Shown here: in pieces, positions 54,309-63,527 of the stretch | How positions within the stretch are numbered: the first letter of the stretch is position 1 | Layout of the letters: every line of letters begins with the position of its first letter | Assembly (NCBI GenBank): GCA_900320405.1 | Contig: OOHM01000002.1 | Coordinates: forward strand, 159,211 to 223,210 | Direction: 5' to 3' | Length of the DNA: 64,000 nucleotides | Source: an uncultured Pseudomonadota bacterium | Lineage (GTDB): Bacteria; Pseudomonadota; Alphaproteobacteria; Rs-D84 | Position numbers and translations under genes: made by a program | Notes under the pieces: model-generated | Told to the model about the DNA's origin: nothing | What the model saw: the letters and a program-made list of their open reading frames with translations, nothing else | The model's database searches: none

Positions 54309-55340
54309 TTAATCTTCATTTTTATCCGGTATTTTGCCGTCGGCGGACAGCAATATCGCAATCCAACGCGTGGAATCAAACTGGGCCGTGATGATGAATG
54401 TTGCCACCAATAATGGAACACTGAAAAACATTCCCGCAACACCCCATATTAAACCCCAAAACACCAAATTTATCAATATTGCCAATGTCGACAGATTTAA
54501 TGTTTTTCCCGTCAATTTTGGTTCTATGATATTCCCGAATAATATTTGCAGACCGATTAACCCCAATGCGATTAAAACCAATTCGTTTAGTGTCGCGCCT
54601 GTTAAAATCGCAAACAGTATCGGCATCGCGCATCCAATTATCGCGCCGATTGTTGGAATATAACTTAAAATAAATATTGCAAATGCCCATACGCCCGCAA
54701 ATTCCAATCCCAACATATACATCCACGCGTATGAAATAATACCGGTAATTGCCGATACCAATGTTTTCATAAACAGATACTTTTTCATATTTTCATCAAT
54801 ACTGGACATAATATAGCGCATTTTTTTATGCTGGGCCCGGTTCGGGAACAGTTCTGCAAATTTTTTGTGAAACGTGCTCTGTTCAACGAACATAAATATC
54901 ATATATACAACCACCATACCCATTGATGTTGCCAATTTCGCAACCGAAGAACCAACACTGGATACAATTTGTTCAATACCCGGAAACGGAATCGATGTGA
55001 TGTTTATTCCAAATTTATCAGATATATAATGCCATAATAAATTTAGCTGTGATTGAATTTCCGGTATCGCCGGTAAAAGTTCCCCGAACATTGGTCGAAC
55101 GCGTGTCACAAACAAATATATCACCCCGATGAATGTCGCGATGGATAATATATTTGAAATAATATCATATGTAATATTCATACCGTGACGACGCGGTTCA
55201 CGCGGAAAAATTTTACGATAATATGTTGCGGTTGCATTTATCAAATACCATAAAAATGTTGCAACCAAAAGTGGGATAAAAATGGAACTGCCAATCCAGA
55301 GCAGAAAAATAAAACCTGCGAATAAAATAAGTCCGTTCAT
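54309..55340 (-). CDS. AI-2E family (PerM/YhhT-like) transporter
   Basis: 343 aa polytopic membrane protein with the AI-2E family topology and conserved central region. Confidence 0.8.
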   Translation of the reverse strand: MNGLILFAGFIFLLWIGSSIFIPLLVATFLWYLINATATYYRKIFPREPRRHGMNITYDIISNILSIATFIGVIYLFVTRVRPMFGELLPAIPEIQSQLNLLWHYISDKFGINITSIPFPGIEQIVSSVGSSVAKLATSMGMVVVYMIFMFVEQSTFHKKFAELFPNRAQHKKMRYIMSSIDENMKKYLFMKTLVSAITGIISYAWMYMLGLEFAGVWAFAIFILSYIPTIGAIIGCAMPILFAILTGATLNELVLIALGLIGLQILFGNIIEPKLTGKTLNLSTLAILINLVFWGLIWGVAGMFFSVPLLVATFIITAQFDSTRWIAILLSADGKIPDKNED

Positions 55341-55364
55341 ATGTCCCCCCTTGGTCCGTTTATA

Positions 55365-56045
55365 TTATTCTATCATAACTTTGCCATTTGACAAAGTGGT
55401 TGTATGCGTTGGTGCGACCATTTCGGTAAAATCGTGTTGGTGTGATATAAATATAAATGTTGTGTCCGGCATAGATTTTATTGTTTCCGCAATTTGTGCC
55501 TTTACGGTCGCGTCTGCCCCAGAATCAGGTTCGTCCAACATTGCGAGTTTTGGTTTGGTCATAATAAGTCTTAATAACATTATGCGTTTTCGTTCGCCAC
55601 CCGAAAATCCAACATTTACCGAACGATTTAACCAATCGCGCGGTATGTTTAATTGTTGACGTGCCGATTCCAACATTTCCAGAAATTCACCCATCGGCAA
55701 ATCGCGTCCTGTTTGAAAATGATGATGGGCGGCAATGGAATGCTTTAAAAAACTGATAATGGTTAGACCCGGTATTTCAGGAACATTTTGTGCGCCAACA
55801 AAAATTCCAGATAATGCGCGCGTGGTTGCGTTGTCGCCGGTAATGTCACGACCGTTGAAAATTATTTGTCCAGAATCGATTGTATACATTGGGTTTCCGG
55901 CAATTGCACCGACCAGTGTTGATTTACCCGAACCGTTATGCCCGCATATTAAATGGCGTGCACCCGCATCCACGGACATATTTATGTCTGATAATAATTT
56001 CTTGCCGTTAAATGACACATTCAAATTTTTTATATTTAGAATCAT
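55365..56045 (-). CDS. sufC: Fe-S cluster assembly ATPase SufC
   Basis: Walker A GHNGSGKST, ABC signature FSGGERKR, Walker B LAMLDEPDSG. Confidence 0.9.
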   Translation of the reverse strand: MILNIKNLNVSFNGKKLLSDINMSVDAGARHLICGHNGSGKSTLVGAIAGNPMYTIDSGQIIFNGRDITGDNATTRALSGIFVGAQNVPEIPGLTIISFLKHSIAAHHHFQTGRDLPMGEFLEMLESARQQLNIPRDWLNRSVNVGFSGGERKRIMLLRLIMTKPKLAMLDEPDSGADATVKAQIAETIKSMPDTTFIFISHQHDFTEMVAPTHTTTLSNGKVMIE

Positions 56046-57385
56046 TTTTCACCCCCGGGGTTTAATGCCATTTGAATAAGTTGTTTTGATTCAACCAAAA
56101 ATTCCATTGGCAATCTTGATAATATTGGTGTGGCGGTGGCACCAATAATTAACGCCGTTGCCATATCATTATCCAACCCCGCCATATTCAAATATAATAA
56201 TTGGGTTGCGTCGATGGCGCCGGTGGCGGCCTCGTGCGTTTGTATGTTGTCGGAATTTTCGTATATTATATCGGGCAATGCGTTGGCCTTTGCCATATTG
56301 CCAATTATGCGCGTGTCACACTTTGATGCGTTTTTACCGCCGTGCCCAATAAATTGAACCAAAGAACGAAATGTTTGTCGTGACCAATCCAATGCGACAC
56401 CATATGATAATATGTTCGATGTTGTGTTATTTCCAATGTGCAACATTTTTGTGCCGGTGTCCGATTGTTGTCCGTCGCGTGTTATGGTCAGGGAATAAAA
56501 ATCACTGGCCGAATCATCACCATATAAAATTGTGGATGGATATTTCCATGTCATTGCGGAACCAACCTCGAATTGTGTCCAATCGATGCGTGCGCGTTCA
56601 TAACATTTGCCACGTTTTGTCACAAAATTTAATATGCCCGAATCGTTGTATGCTCCGGTTTTCGGTGCATTGCCGGCATACCAATTTTGAACGGTCGCAT
56701 ATTTTACATGTGCACCATCCAATGCGACAATTTCGACAACGCCACTGTGTAATTGGTGGTTTGGGCGACGCGGGGCACTGCAACCTTCCATATAACTTAG
56801 TTTCGAATTTTTGTCCACGATGATAAGTGTGCGTTCAAATTGACCTATCTTGGCGGTTTCTATCCTGAAATAACTGGCCAAATCAATGGGGCATTCTGTA
56901 TTTGGTGGAATATATACAAATGTGCCGTCGGAAAAAACGGCTGAATTTAATGCCGCAAAAAAATTGTCTGATGATGGGACAACACTGCCCAGGTATTTTT
57001 TTACCAAATCGGGATGTTGTTTAACCGCATCAGAAAAAGGCATAAAAATAATGCCGCGTGCGGCCAATTCCGCCGTATAGGATGTGTGAACGGATGAACT
57101 GTCGATGACTGTATCGGTTGCCATCCCCATTAGGGCGCGTTGTTCGTTTTCCGGCAAACCCATTTTGTCGTATGTAGATTTCAAATCACTGTTATCAATG
57201 GGTTTTTGTTCATTATAATAATTCAATGTTTCGTAATTAATTGGCGCGTAATCAATTTCTGCCCAATGTGGTTCGGTCATCTTTTGCCATATATGTAATG
57301 CGTCAATGCGCCAATCGGTTAACCATTTTGGCTCGCCACGTAATGTTGATATTTCGCGGACAAGATTTTCGGTTGGTCCCGTCAT
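56042..57385 (-). CDS. sufB: Fe-S cluster assembly scaffold SufB
   Basis: Conserved SufB C-terminal beta-helix region (HGGKNASKCDTRIIG...EFLVESKQLI) and an N-terminal ...EPHW motif. 447 aa. A 4-nt overlap with sufC. Confidence 0.85.
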   Translation of the reverse strand: MTGPTENLVREISTLRGEPKWLTDWRIDALHIWQKMTEPHWAEIDYAPINYETLNYYNEQKPIDNSDLKSTYDKMGLPENEQRALMGMATDTVIDSSSVHTSYTAELAARGIIFMPFSDAVKQHPDLVKKYLGSVVPSSDNFFAALNSAVFSDGTFVYIPPNTECPIDLASYFRIETAKIGQFERTLIIVDKNSKLSYMEGCSAPRRPNHQLHSGVVEIVALDGAHVKYATVQNWYAGNAPKTGAYNDSGILNFVTKRGKCYERARIDWTQFEVGSAMTWKYPSTILYGDDSASDFYSLTITRDGQQSDTGTKMLHIGNNTTSNILSYGVALDWSRQTFRSLVQFIGHGGKNASKCDTRIIGNMAKANALPDIIYENSDNIQTHEAATGAIDATQLLYLNMAGLDNDMATALIIGATATPILSRLPMEFLVESKQLIQMALNPGGEK

Positions 57386-57933
57386 TTATCCGCCCCATCG
57401 GTGGTCGCCAATTGATATGCCTGGGTAAAGAAAGTCAATGATTGCCCAAGCAAACCATTTATAAATGTTTTGGTCAAAATTCCGTCTGGTTCCGATTCCG
57501 ACAGGTGTTTTAACAAATTGTCGGCACGGTTCATATAATTTGATACATTGCGTTTAACCTCAGAATCCAATTTTATGGCGCGGCGTAATTTTTCCATAAC
57601 AAATGGGTTCTTGGCATATTCGTCAATCAGCCCCCCCAGTGTTCGCCACAATGGGTGTTCGGTTGTGTTACGGGGCATTATGTCCAATGCCGCCAAAATT
57701 GGAATCAAGTTTTGCAACAGGTCTTGATAAATCATTTCGGCGTGTTCGGCAACCGCGTTTGTTGCGGATTTACTTTTTAATAAACTTTGGATTTTCACAA
57801 TCAGGTTATATTGAAATCCTGCGTTTTTTTCCAATGCACCAATTCGACGATTTGCGTTTATTCCAATAAACAATATCGCCCCGGTCATAATCGTTAAAAT
57901 TCCCAAAATAATCCATAAAAGTGTGTTTTGCAT
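57382..57933 (-). CDS. Hypothetical N-terminally anchored membrane protein translationally coupled upstream of sufB
   Basis: One TM helix LLWIILGILTIMTGAILFIGI, then a helical soluble region. A 4-nt overlap with the sufB start. Confidence 0.45.
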   Translation of the reverse strand: MQNTLLWIILGILTIMTGAILFIGINANRRIGALEKNAGFQYNLIVKIQSLLKSKSATNAVAEHAEMIYQDLLQNLIPILAALDIMPRNTTEHPLWRTLGGLIDEYAKNPFVMEKLRRAIKLDSEVKRNVSNYMNRADNLLKHLSESEPDGILTKTFINGLLGQSLTFFTQAYQLATTDGADK

Positions 57934-58048
57934 GTCTTTATCCCTTAAGTTTACAGTATGGAGTATATCATCTTTTACCGATTCGTGCGATTTTATATGA
58001 ATATTTTTATAAAAAAATAAAAAACATCGACAGATGCATTTTTAGGTC

Positions 58049-58077
58049 TTGCACAGATTCGGTCAAATTGTTATAAT
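58049..58077 (+). promoter_or_regulatory. Near-consensus sigma70 promoter: TTGCAC, 17-nt spacer, TATAAT
   Basis: ttgcac at 58049-58054 and tataat at 58072-58077. RBS aggaaagga, then ATG at 58117. Confidence 0.5.
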
Positions 58078-58116
58078 GACATATAAATAAGGGAATTATT
58101 AGGAAAGGAAGTTCTT

Positions 58117-59100
58117 ATGTTTCGCAAGATTTTGATTGCTGCAATGTTTGCAACCGCCGCGGGATACTGCTTTGCGGACGCCGCTTTGCCCCAGGTTGTC
58201 ACATCGGAAGTCTTTTATGACGAAGATAAAGATGTTCGTGAAAATACAAATGTTCAGGAACAGTTTTATGACAATTCTTACCAGCAACAGGAAGTTTACC
58301 AGCCCCAGGTTTATCAACCGGTTATCCCCGTGGATGTTCCGGCGTGGCCATTGGCGGGTTCGGATGCCGATGTGACTGTTTCGTGTGAACAGGGGGTATG
58401 CGCCAAAACCGCACAATCTGATAACATCAAAATTGTTTCCAAAATAGGTTCAGATTTGGTTGTCGAAAATAATTTTAATTTGGGTGCACGCGATGGTTGG
58501 TCGGGTGGTGCAAATATGTTGCACGGTACCCAGATTCCGGTTGGGTTTGATGACGAATGTGCGCGTGGTTCGGAAATGCCGTTGTTGCATCGTGAAATAT
58601 TGGAAGATGATGGCGGAAATGTTTTGGCGTTGTCGCGCAGTGGCCGTCGAAATTGTGCAAAATATGCCGATGGGTATGATGCGTATTTGGCGCGTAATGG
58701 TTTGATTGAACGCACGGCAAATGGCGACATCGTGACTGGTGGTGGTGTTATCGGCCTGAACGGTATGACCAGTTTTGTCGAAGGTGATACAGAAATAACG
58801 GTTGATTTATCTGCGGATGCGGAACCGGCAAATTCTGTCCAGGACCAGGTTCGTTCTTGGGTTGTGGCCAGTGGCCAGACATTGCGTGAAGTTTTGCAGT
58901 CTTGGTGTGATAAAGAAGGTTGGGATTTGGTATGGGCAACATCGCGTGAATATCCGATTCAGGCAAGTGCGGTCTTTAAGGGACGCTTTGTTGATGTTGC
59001 GTCGGCGGTTGTGCGGAATTTTGAACGCGCAATACCGATACCGTATGCCAAGTTCTATAAGGGGAATCGTGTTTTGGTTATATCTACGTCCGAAGAATAA
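58117..59100 (+). CDS. TcpQ/PilL-like protein (secreted; partner of type IVb pilus secretins)
   Basis: Signal peptide MFRKILIAAMFATAAGYCFADA. C-terminal domain WVVASGQTLREVLQSWCDKEGWDLVWATSREYPIQASAVFKGRFVDVASAVVRNF...PYAKFYKGNRVLVIS matches the TcpQ/PilL signature as I recall it. Immediately followed by a secretin gene. Confidence 0.5.
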   Translation: MFRKILIAAMFATAAGYCFADAALPQVVTSEVFYDEDKDVRENTNVQEQFYDNSYQQQEVYQPQVYQPVIPVDVPAWPLAGSDADVTVSCEQGVCAKTAQSDNIKIVSKIGSDLVVENNFNLGARDGWSGGANMLHGTQIPVGFDDECARGSEMPLLHREILEDDGGNVLALSRSGRRNCAKYADGYDAYLARNGLIERTANGDIVTGGGVIGLNGMTSFVEGDTEITVDLSADAEPANSVQDQVRSWVVASGQTLREVLQSWCDKEGWDLVWATSREYPIQASAVFKGRFVDVASAVVRNFERAIPIPYAKFYKGNRVLVISTSEE

Positions 59101-59127
59101 TTTGACAGATTGTAGGAGAAAGAATAG

Positions 59128-60753
59128 ATGTTGAAGCATATGAAATATTTTGTGGCAATGTTGGTGGCGGTTGTTGTGGCGGGGTGCGCAACGCGTGATT
59201 CGGCCAAAGTTGCGGCGTCTGTAGATCAGGATTTTGTTAATGTGTACGACGCGTTCGAGATGGCAAAAAATCCGCGGGCCAAGGTTGCAAGTGGTGATAC
59301 TGTGTCTATGTCCGAAGGCGTTTGGTTGGGCGACAAGTCTACTTTGGTTGAACATAAAAATAATTTGCCAAAACAATATGAAACCGACAGCGGTATAACC
59401 ATATTATTAAATGAACCGGTCACATTACAGGTTTTGGCGAATAACATAAATTCTATTACCCAGATTCCAATCAAAATCGACAGCCAGGTCGCATCAGAAA
59501 AATTAAAGAAAACGATGAATATTGCGTATACCGGCAAATTGTCTGGCTTGCTGTCCCAGGTGGCGACCGATTTAGACTTGCTCTGGTATTATGATAAAAG
59601 TTCAATCGTATTCTATGAAACAGAAACCAAGACATTTACTTTGTATGCATTGGGTACAGATGTTTCATATCAATCGACCGTTCAAACCGATAATGGAAAC
59701 CAGGTTTATTTAGAATCTACATTGAAGGAGTGGGACGAGGTTGAAAGTACGATTTCTTCGATTATTGGTAAATCGGAAAATGCGAATTTCACTGTGTCGC
59801 GCAGTTTGGGAACCATAACCGTTACCGCACCGCCGTCCGTGTTGACGCGTGTGGGCGATTATATTGCGCGTCAAAACAGACGTCTGTCCCAATTGGTCAC
59901 CATTGATGTCAAGGTATTACAAGTTTCAATCGCAAATGATTCTGCGTTTGGGTTGAACTTGGCGGCGGCAATCAATTCTGCATCGGGATTGAATATTGTT
60001 GCCAATCCAAAGAACAATCTTGCGTCAACCGAGGCCAGTTCTATGAATATTGCGGTTTTGTCTAATACTGTATCGGCGTTGACCGGCGCAACCCATATGG
60101 AAAATGGTTCGTCTGTTGCAGGTGCGTATACCCAAGACCAAATCAACAACGGGTCATTGTCTGCAATGGCGGGCAGTACCGCACTTATCGAAGCATTGGC
60201 AAAGCAGGGCAAGGTTTCGTTGGTCACAAATGTTGGTGTGACAACGCGTAACAATCGTGTCGCGCCGGTGAACAACACAAAAAGTACGGGATATATCAAA
60301 CGGTTTGAATCGCGTAACTTTACAACGGTTGAATCCAGTACCGTTGACCAGGATAACCTAGAGACCGGATTTTCAATGCAATTGTTGCCGAACATTTTGG
60401 AGAATGGCAAGATATTGTTGTTGTTCAGAATGTCTGTACGCGAATTGTTAAAGATGTCCAGTCAAACGATTGGCGAAGTCACATTGCAGTTGCCCGAGGT
60501 TGAAGAACGCAGCTTTATGCAGGAGGTTATTATGGAATCGGGTCAAATGTTGGTTGTGTCCGGATTTGAAAAGCAATCAAACAATGACACCAGATATGGA
60601 CTTGGGGACCCAGACTTTATGTTGTTGTCCGGTTCGCGTGAAACGGCATCGCAACGTGATGTGTTGGTTGTTATCCTAACGCCCCAGGTTTTGGTAAGTC
60701 CAATGGATGCAGAACGAAGTATCCAGCAACATTGGGGGGCACCGTTAAATTAA
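59128..60753 (+). CDS. Lipoprotein secretin (PilN/TcpC/BfpB-like, type IVb pilus-type outer-membrane channel)
   Basis: Lipobox VVAGC. N-domain LDLLWYYDKSSIVFYETETKTFTLYAL. Secretin domain beginning IDVKVLQVSIANDSAFGLNL and ending DVLVVILTPQVL. 541 aa, RBS taggagaaag. Confidence 0.8.
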   Translation: MLKHMKYFVAMLVAVVVAGCATRDSAKVAASVDQDFVNVYDAFEMAKNPRAKVASGDTVSMSEGVWLGDKSTLVEHKNNLPKQYETDSGITILLNEPVTLQVLANNINSITQIPIKIDSQVASEKLKKTMNIAYTGKLSGLLSQVATDLDLLWYYDKSSIVFYETETKTFTLYALGTDVSYQSTVQTDNGNQVYLESTLKEWDEVESTISSIIGKSENANFTVSRSLGTITVTAPPSVLTRVGDYIARQNRRLSQLVTIDVKVLQVSIANDSAFGLNLAAAINSASGLNIVANPKNNLASTEASSMNIAVLSNTVSALTGATHMENGSSVAGAYTQDQINNGSLSAMAGSTALIEALAKQGKVSLVTNVGVTTRNNRVAPVNNTKSTGYIKRFESRNFTTVESSTVDQDNLETGFSMQLLPNILENGKILLLFRMSVRELLKMSSQTIGEVTLQLPEVEERSFMQEVIMESGQMLVVSGFEKQSNNDTRYGLGDPDFMLLSGSRETASQRDVLVVILTPQVLVSPMDAERSIQQHWGAPLN

Positions 60754-60762
60754 CAAATTATG

Positions 60763-60788
60763 GGTCACCAAAGGGTGACCCTTTTTTT
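60763..60788 (+). terminator. Rho-independent terminator after the secretin gene
   Basis: gggtcacc-aaa-gggtgaccc perfect hairpin followed by ttttttt. Confidence 0.6.
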
Positions 60789-60806
60789 ATAACCAAGGGA
60801 GAATAT

Positions 60807-61157
60807 ATGGCCATATTTAGAAAAAAGAAAGAGGAATCTAAACCACCGTCAGGTAAATTAAATCTTAATAAACAATATGAAGAAAATTTTAAGCGTGTAT
60901 CTCATATTATATCAAAGGCCCATCATTTTAATTTTGTCGATGATGGAACAACCATAGTTTTTGCGGGTTCATACAGGTTTACCGTACATCAGGGGCGCAG
61001 ATGTGTTATCGGCCCAAATGATGTCCCGATTGATATGTCGCCCCATCAAATAAATAAAATATATGACCTTATAATGGAACGACATAATTTCTTGATGCAT
61101 CATCTAAGATCGAAAATTGTGGCGGAACATTTGCGAACCCGCCGTCACAAGTTTTGA
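60807..61157 (+). CDS. Hypothetical basic protein (116 aa)
   Basis: RBS aagggagaat, then ATG at 60807 (MAIFRKKKEES...). No TM segment and no recognisable domain. Confidence 0.45.
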   Translation: MAIFRKKKEESKPPSGKLNLNKQYEENFKRVSHIISKAHHFNFVDDGTTIVFAGSYRFTVHQGRRCVIGPNDVPIDMSPHQINKIYDLIMERHNFLMHHLRSKIVAEHLRTRRHKF

Positions 61158-61229
61158 CGAAAAATTTAGTTGTGTTCTATGTTGTTTTGATGCTATATTC
61201 AATATTGTGATATTTCAAAGGAGTTTTTT

Positions 61230-61538
61230 GTGGGTGCAAACATACAGGTTAGTATTGAAACAACAGATTCCATTGGACAATCGTACGGTGGTTTTAATGC
61301 GAATGTTGAACGCGGATTTTTTCAAACATTGGCGGAGTTAATAAAAATAGATAATATTGTTTGGGATCCGGTTGGTGCATTTTTTTCTTTGTCGTGCGGT
61401 TACAGCGTTCATAAATATCGGGCCGGTGGTGGCGCGGTTTATGATCCATATGGGGAAGAAATATTTATGACACAAAATCATATTAATAAATTGTTTGCAA
61501 TTGCGTCTGCCAAGAAAAATGTTGGTCGTGGTCGATAA
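61230..61538 (+). CDS. Hypothetical protein (102 aa, GTG start)
   Basis: Open frame with aaaggag RBS upstream of GTG at 61230. No recognisable domain. Confidence 0.4.
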   Translation: MGANIQVSIETTDSIGQSYGGFNANVERGFFQTLAELIKIDNIVWDPVGAFFSLSCGYSVHKYRAGGGAVYDPYGEEIFMTQNHINKLFAIASAKKNVGRGR

Positions 61539-61562
61539 TTTTTGATTTTTCATACAACAAAA

Positions 61563-61591
61563 GGCGTGCAAAAAATGCACGCCAATTTTTT
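61563..61591. terminator. Bidirectional rho-independent terminator (rpsT on minus, hypotheticals on plus)
   Basis: ggcgtgca-aaaaa-tgcacgcc hairpin flanked by an A-run and a T-run. Confidence 0.55.
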
Positions 61592-61602
61592 AATTGGTCA
61601 CA

Positions 61603-61863
61603 TTACGCCATTTTCGCGGCGGCACGTGTCAAACGGGAAACCTTGCGCGAGGCGCGTTTTTTCGGCATCGTTTTGCCGGCGGCCTTCATCATTTTGCTTT
61701 CCGCGCTGCGCACCGCGGCGACCGCGGCGGCCTTGTCCCCGGATGCGATGGCCTTAATCGCCTTTTTGTTTTCTGTTTTAACCGCACTGCGACGCGCAGT
61801 GTTTACGGCGTTCTTTTTCGCCGTGACCAAGATTCTTTTTTTAGATGATTTGTGGTTTGCCAC
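61603..61863 (-). CDS. rpsT: 30S ribosomal protein S20
   Basis: MANHKSSKKRILVTAKKNAVNTARRSAVKT... 86 aa, typical basic helical S20. Confidence 0.9.
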   Translation of the reverse strand: MANHKSSKKRILVTAKKNAVNTARRSAVKTENKKAIKAIASGDKAAAVAAVRSAESKMMKAAGKTMPKKRASRKVSRLTRAAAKMA

Positions 61864-61946
61864 TTTATTTTCCTTTTATTTGTTTACGTTTTTTGATATT
61901 TTATAGAAAACAAACACAAAATCAAGGGAAAAAAGGAAAAATAGAA

Positions 61947-62534
61947 ATGTTATATGTATTTGGAATAATTGCTTCTTATTTGTTGGGTTCTGTGCCGTTT
62001 GGCGTGTTGGTGACACGGTGGACGGGACATGGGGATTTGCGCCATATTGGCAGTGGTAACATCGGTGCGGCAAATGTTATGCGCGCCGGGGGACTGCGGT
62101 TGGGGATGTTGACGTGGGTTTTGGATATGGCCAAGGTGGTAATTGCGGTTTTAATTGGTTTTTATGTTGGTAACATCGGGTTTGCGGCGTGGTGTGGATT
62201 TGCCGCCGTGTTTGGACATTGTTTCCCGGTGTGGTTGGGGTTTCACGGAGGCAAGGGGGTATCGTGTTTGTTCGGGGTTTTGTTGATGTTGAATCCGTGG
62301 ATGTTTATTATTTGTGGAATTGAATGGTTGGTTGTGGCGTTGTCTTTGGGATATTCTTCGTTGGCGTCTTTGGTTGTGTTTGTTGTTGCCCCGATTTTGG
62401 GATTTGTAATTGGAACAAATGTTGGATTGGCTTTATTGATGATAAGTTTGGTTGGCATATGGCGTCATCATGAAAATATTGGTCGATTGGTCGGCGGAAC
62501 AGAATCAAAACTGTCGTGGCGTTGGAAAAAATAG
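61947..62534 (+). CDS. plsY: Glycerol-3-phosphate acyltransferase PlsY
   Basis: MLYVFGIIASYLLGSVPFGVLV...HIGSGNIGAANVMRAGG. The conserved PlsY motifs are present. Confidence 0.9.
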   Translation: MLYVFGIIASYLLGSVPFGVLVTRWTGHGDLRHIGSGNIGAANVMRAGGLRLGMLTWVLDMAKVVIAVLIGFYVGNIGFAAWCGFAAVFGHCFPVWLGFHGGKGVSCLFGVLLMLNPWMFIICGIEWLVVALSLGYSSLASLVVFVVAPILGFVIGTNVGLALLMISLVGIWRHHENIGRLVGGTESKLSWRWKK

Positions 62535-62615
62535 GGCGGCCCGCTTTTGTCCTTTATTTTGTGGCGTTGTTGTGGTATAATACGCCTGTAGATTGCATTT
62601 GATGGAGGGTTTACA

Positions 62616-63446
62616 ATGAGAAAGTTTTTTGCCGTATTGTTTATGGCGTTGCCGGTTGTCGCAATGGCCGCGGATGCGCGTGATCCGCGTGTGGGAACGA
62701 CCAGTATGGTAAACGCAAGGTTTATGCCCGCACAGAACCGGGCAATGATTGCGTCTAAAAATCAATTGACCACACCGGATATTTCGTTAAGTACGAATCG
62801 GTCGCCCAGTATCAAAGATGATGATGTTGCGCCGGCATTCCCCAAGAATCCGGAAAAAGATAAACGTGAAGCCGAACGCGCGGCGTGTTTGAATAATAAT
62901 ATTGGAATTGGCAATACTTTTGTTTGGGCGTCACGGTACAGTAATACAAATAATTATGCCACCATGCAGGAAGATACGGAAAATCCGGAAAATAATGTTT
63001 GTTTTGTTAAAGTGGATTTGAAATCTGCGGATTCACGGATAAGCCTTGCAGACATTCCGTCAAAATATTTTCAATGGGGCGAGACCATAAATTGCGGGTC
63101 GTGGGTTGATGAAGAAATGTTAAGACAACGCATATTGGATGCCAAAAAGACTGGGCGCACATGGGCAACAGTTGGTGGCGCGGTTGGTGGCGCGGCCGTT
63201 GGTGTGGGTTCTATGGAATTATTTGGTAATAAATTGATTGGTGGCGCGGTCGAAGGTCAAAAGGCATTGGAAGGTACGGCATTATTGCGTTCGCAATTGT
63301 TGACACTGAAAAACAAGGGCGATTCGCGGTATGAAGAATTCAAGACAAATTTGAAATCTTTACAGACGGCGTGTGATAAGTTTAAGGCCGCGGGTGGCAC
63401 GGTGCCCGATGAATGTACAGAATTTGAATCTTTGATGGATATTTAA
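62616..63446 (+). CDS. Secreted hypothetical protein (276 aa) with a Gly-rich amphipathic segment
   Basis: Signal peptide MRKFFAVLFMALPVVAMA. RBS ggagggttt. GGAVGGAAVGVGS stretch. No recognisable domain. Confidence 0.5.
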   Translation: MRKFFAVLFMALPVVAMAADARDPRVGTTSMVNARFMPAQNRAMIASKNQLTTPDISLSTNRSPSIKDDDVAPAFPKNPEKDKREAERAACLNNNIGIGNTFVWASRYSNTNNYATMQEDTENPENNVCFVKVDLKSADSRISLADIPSKYFQWGETINCGSWVDEEMLRQRILDAKKTGRTWATVGGAVGGAAVGVGSMELFGNKLIGGAVEGQKALEGTALLRSQLLTLKNKGDSRYEEFKTNLKSLQTACDKFKAAGGTVPDECTEFESLMDI

Positions 63447-63469
63447 AAAGATTTGATAATTTATACATA

Positions 63470-63491
63470 ACGCCCTGCGGGGCGTTTTTTC
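63470..63491 (+). terminator. Rho-independent terminator
   Basis: cgccc-tgcg-gggcg hairpin followed by tttttt. Confidence 0.55.
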
Positions 63492-63527
63492 TTGCGATTT
63501 TGGGATAAATAATTTTATAGTGCGGAT

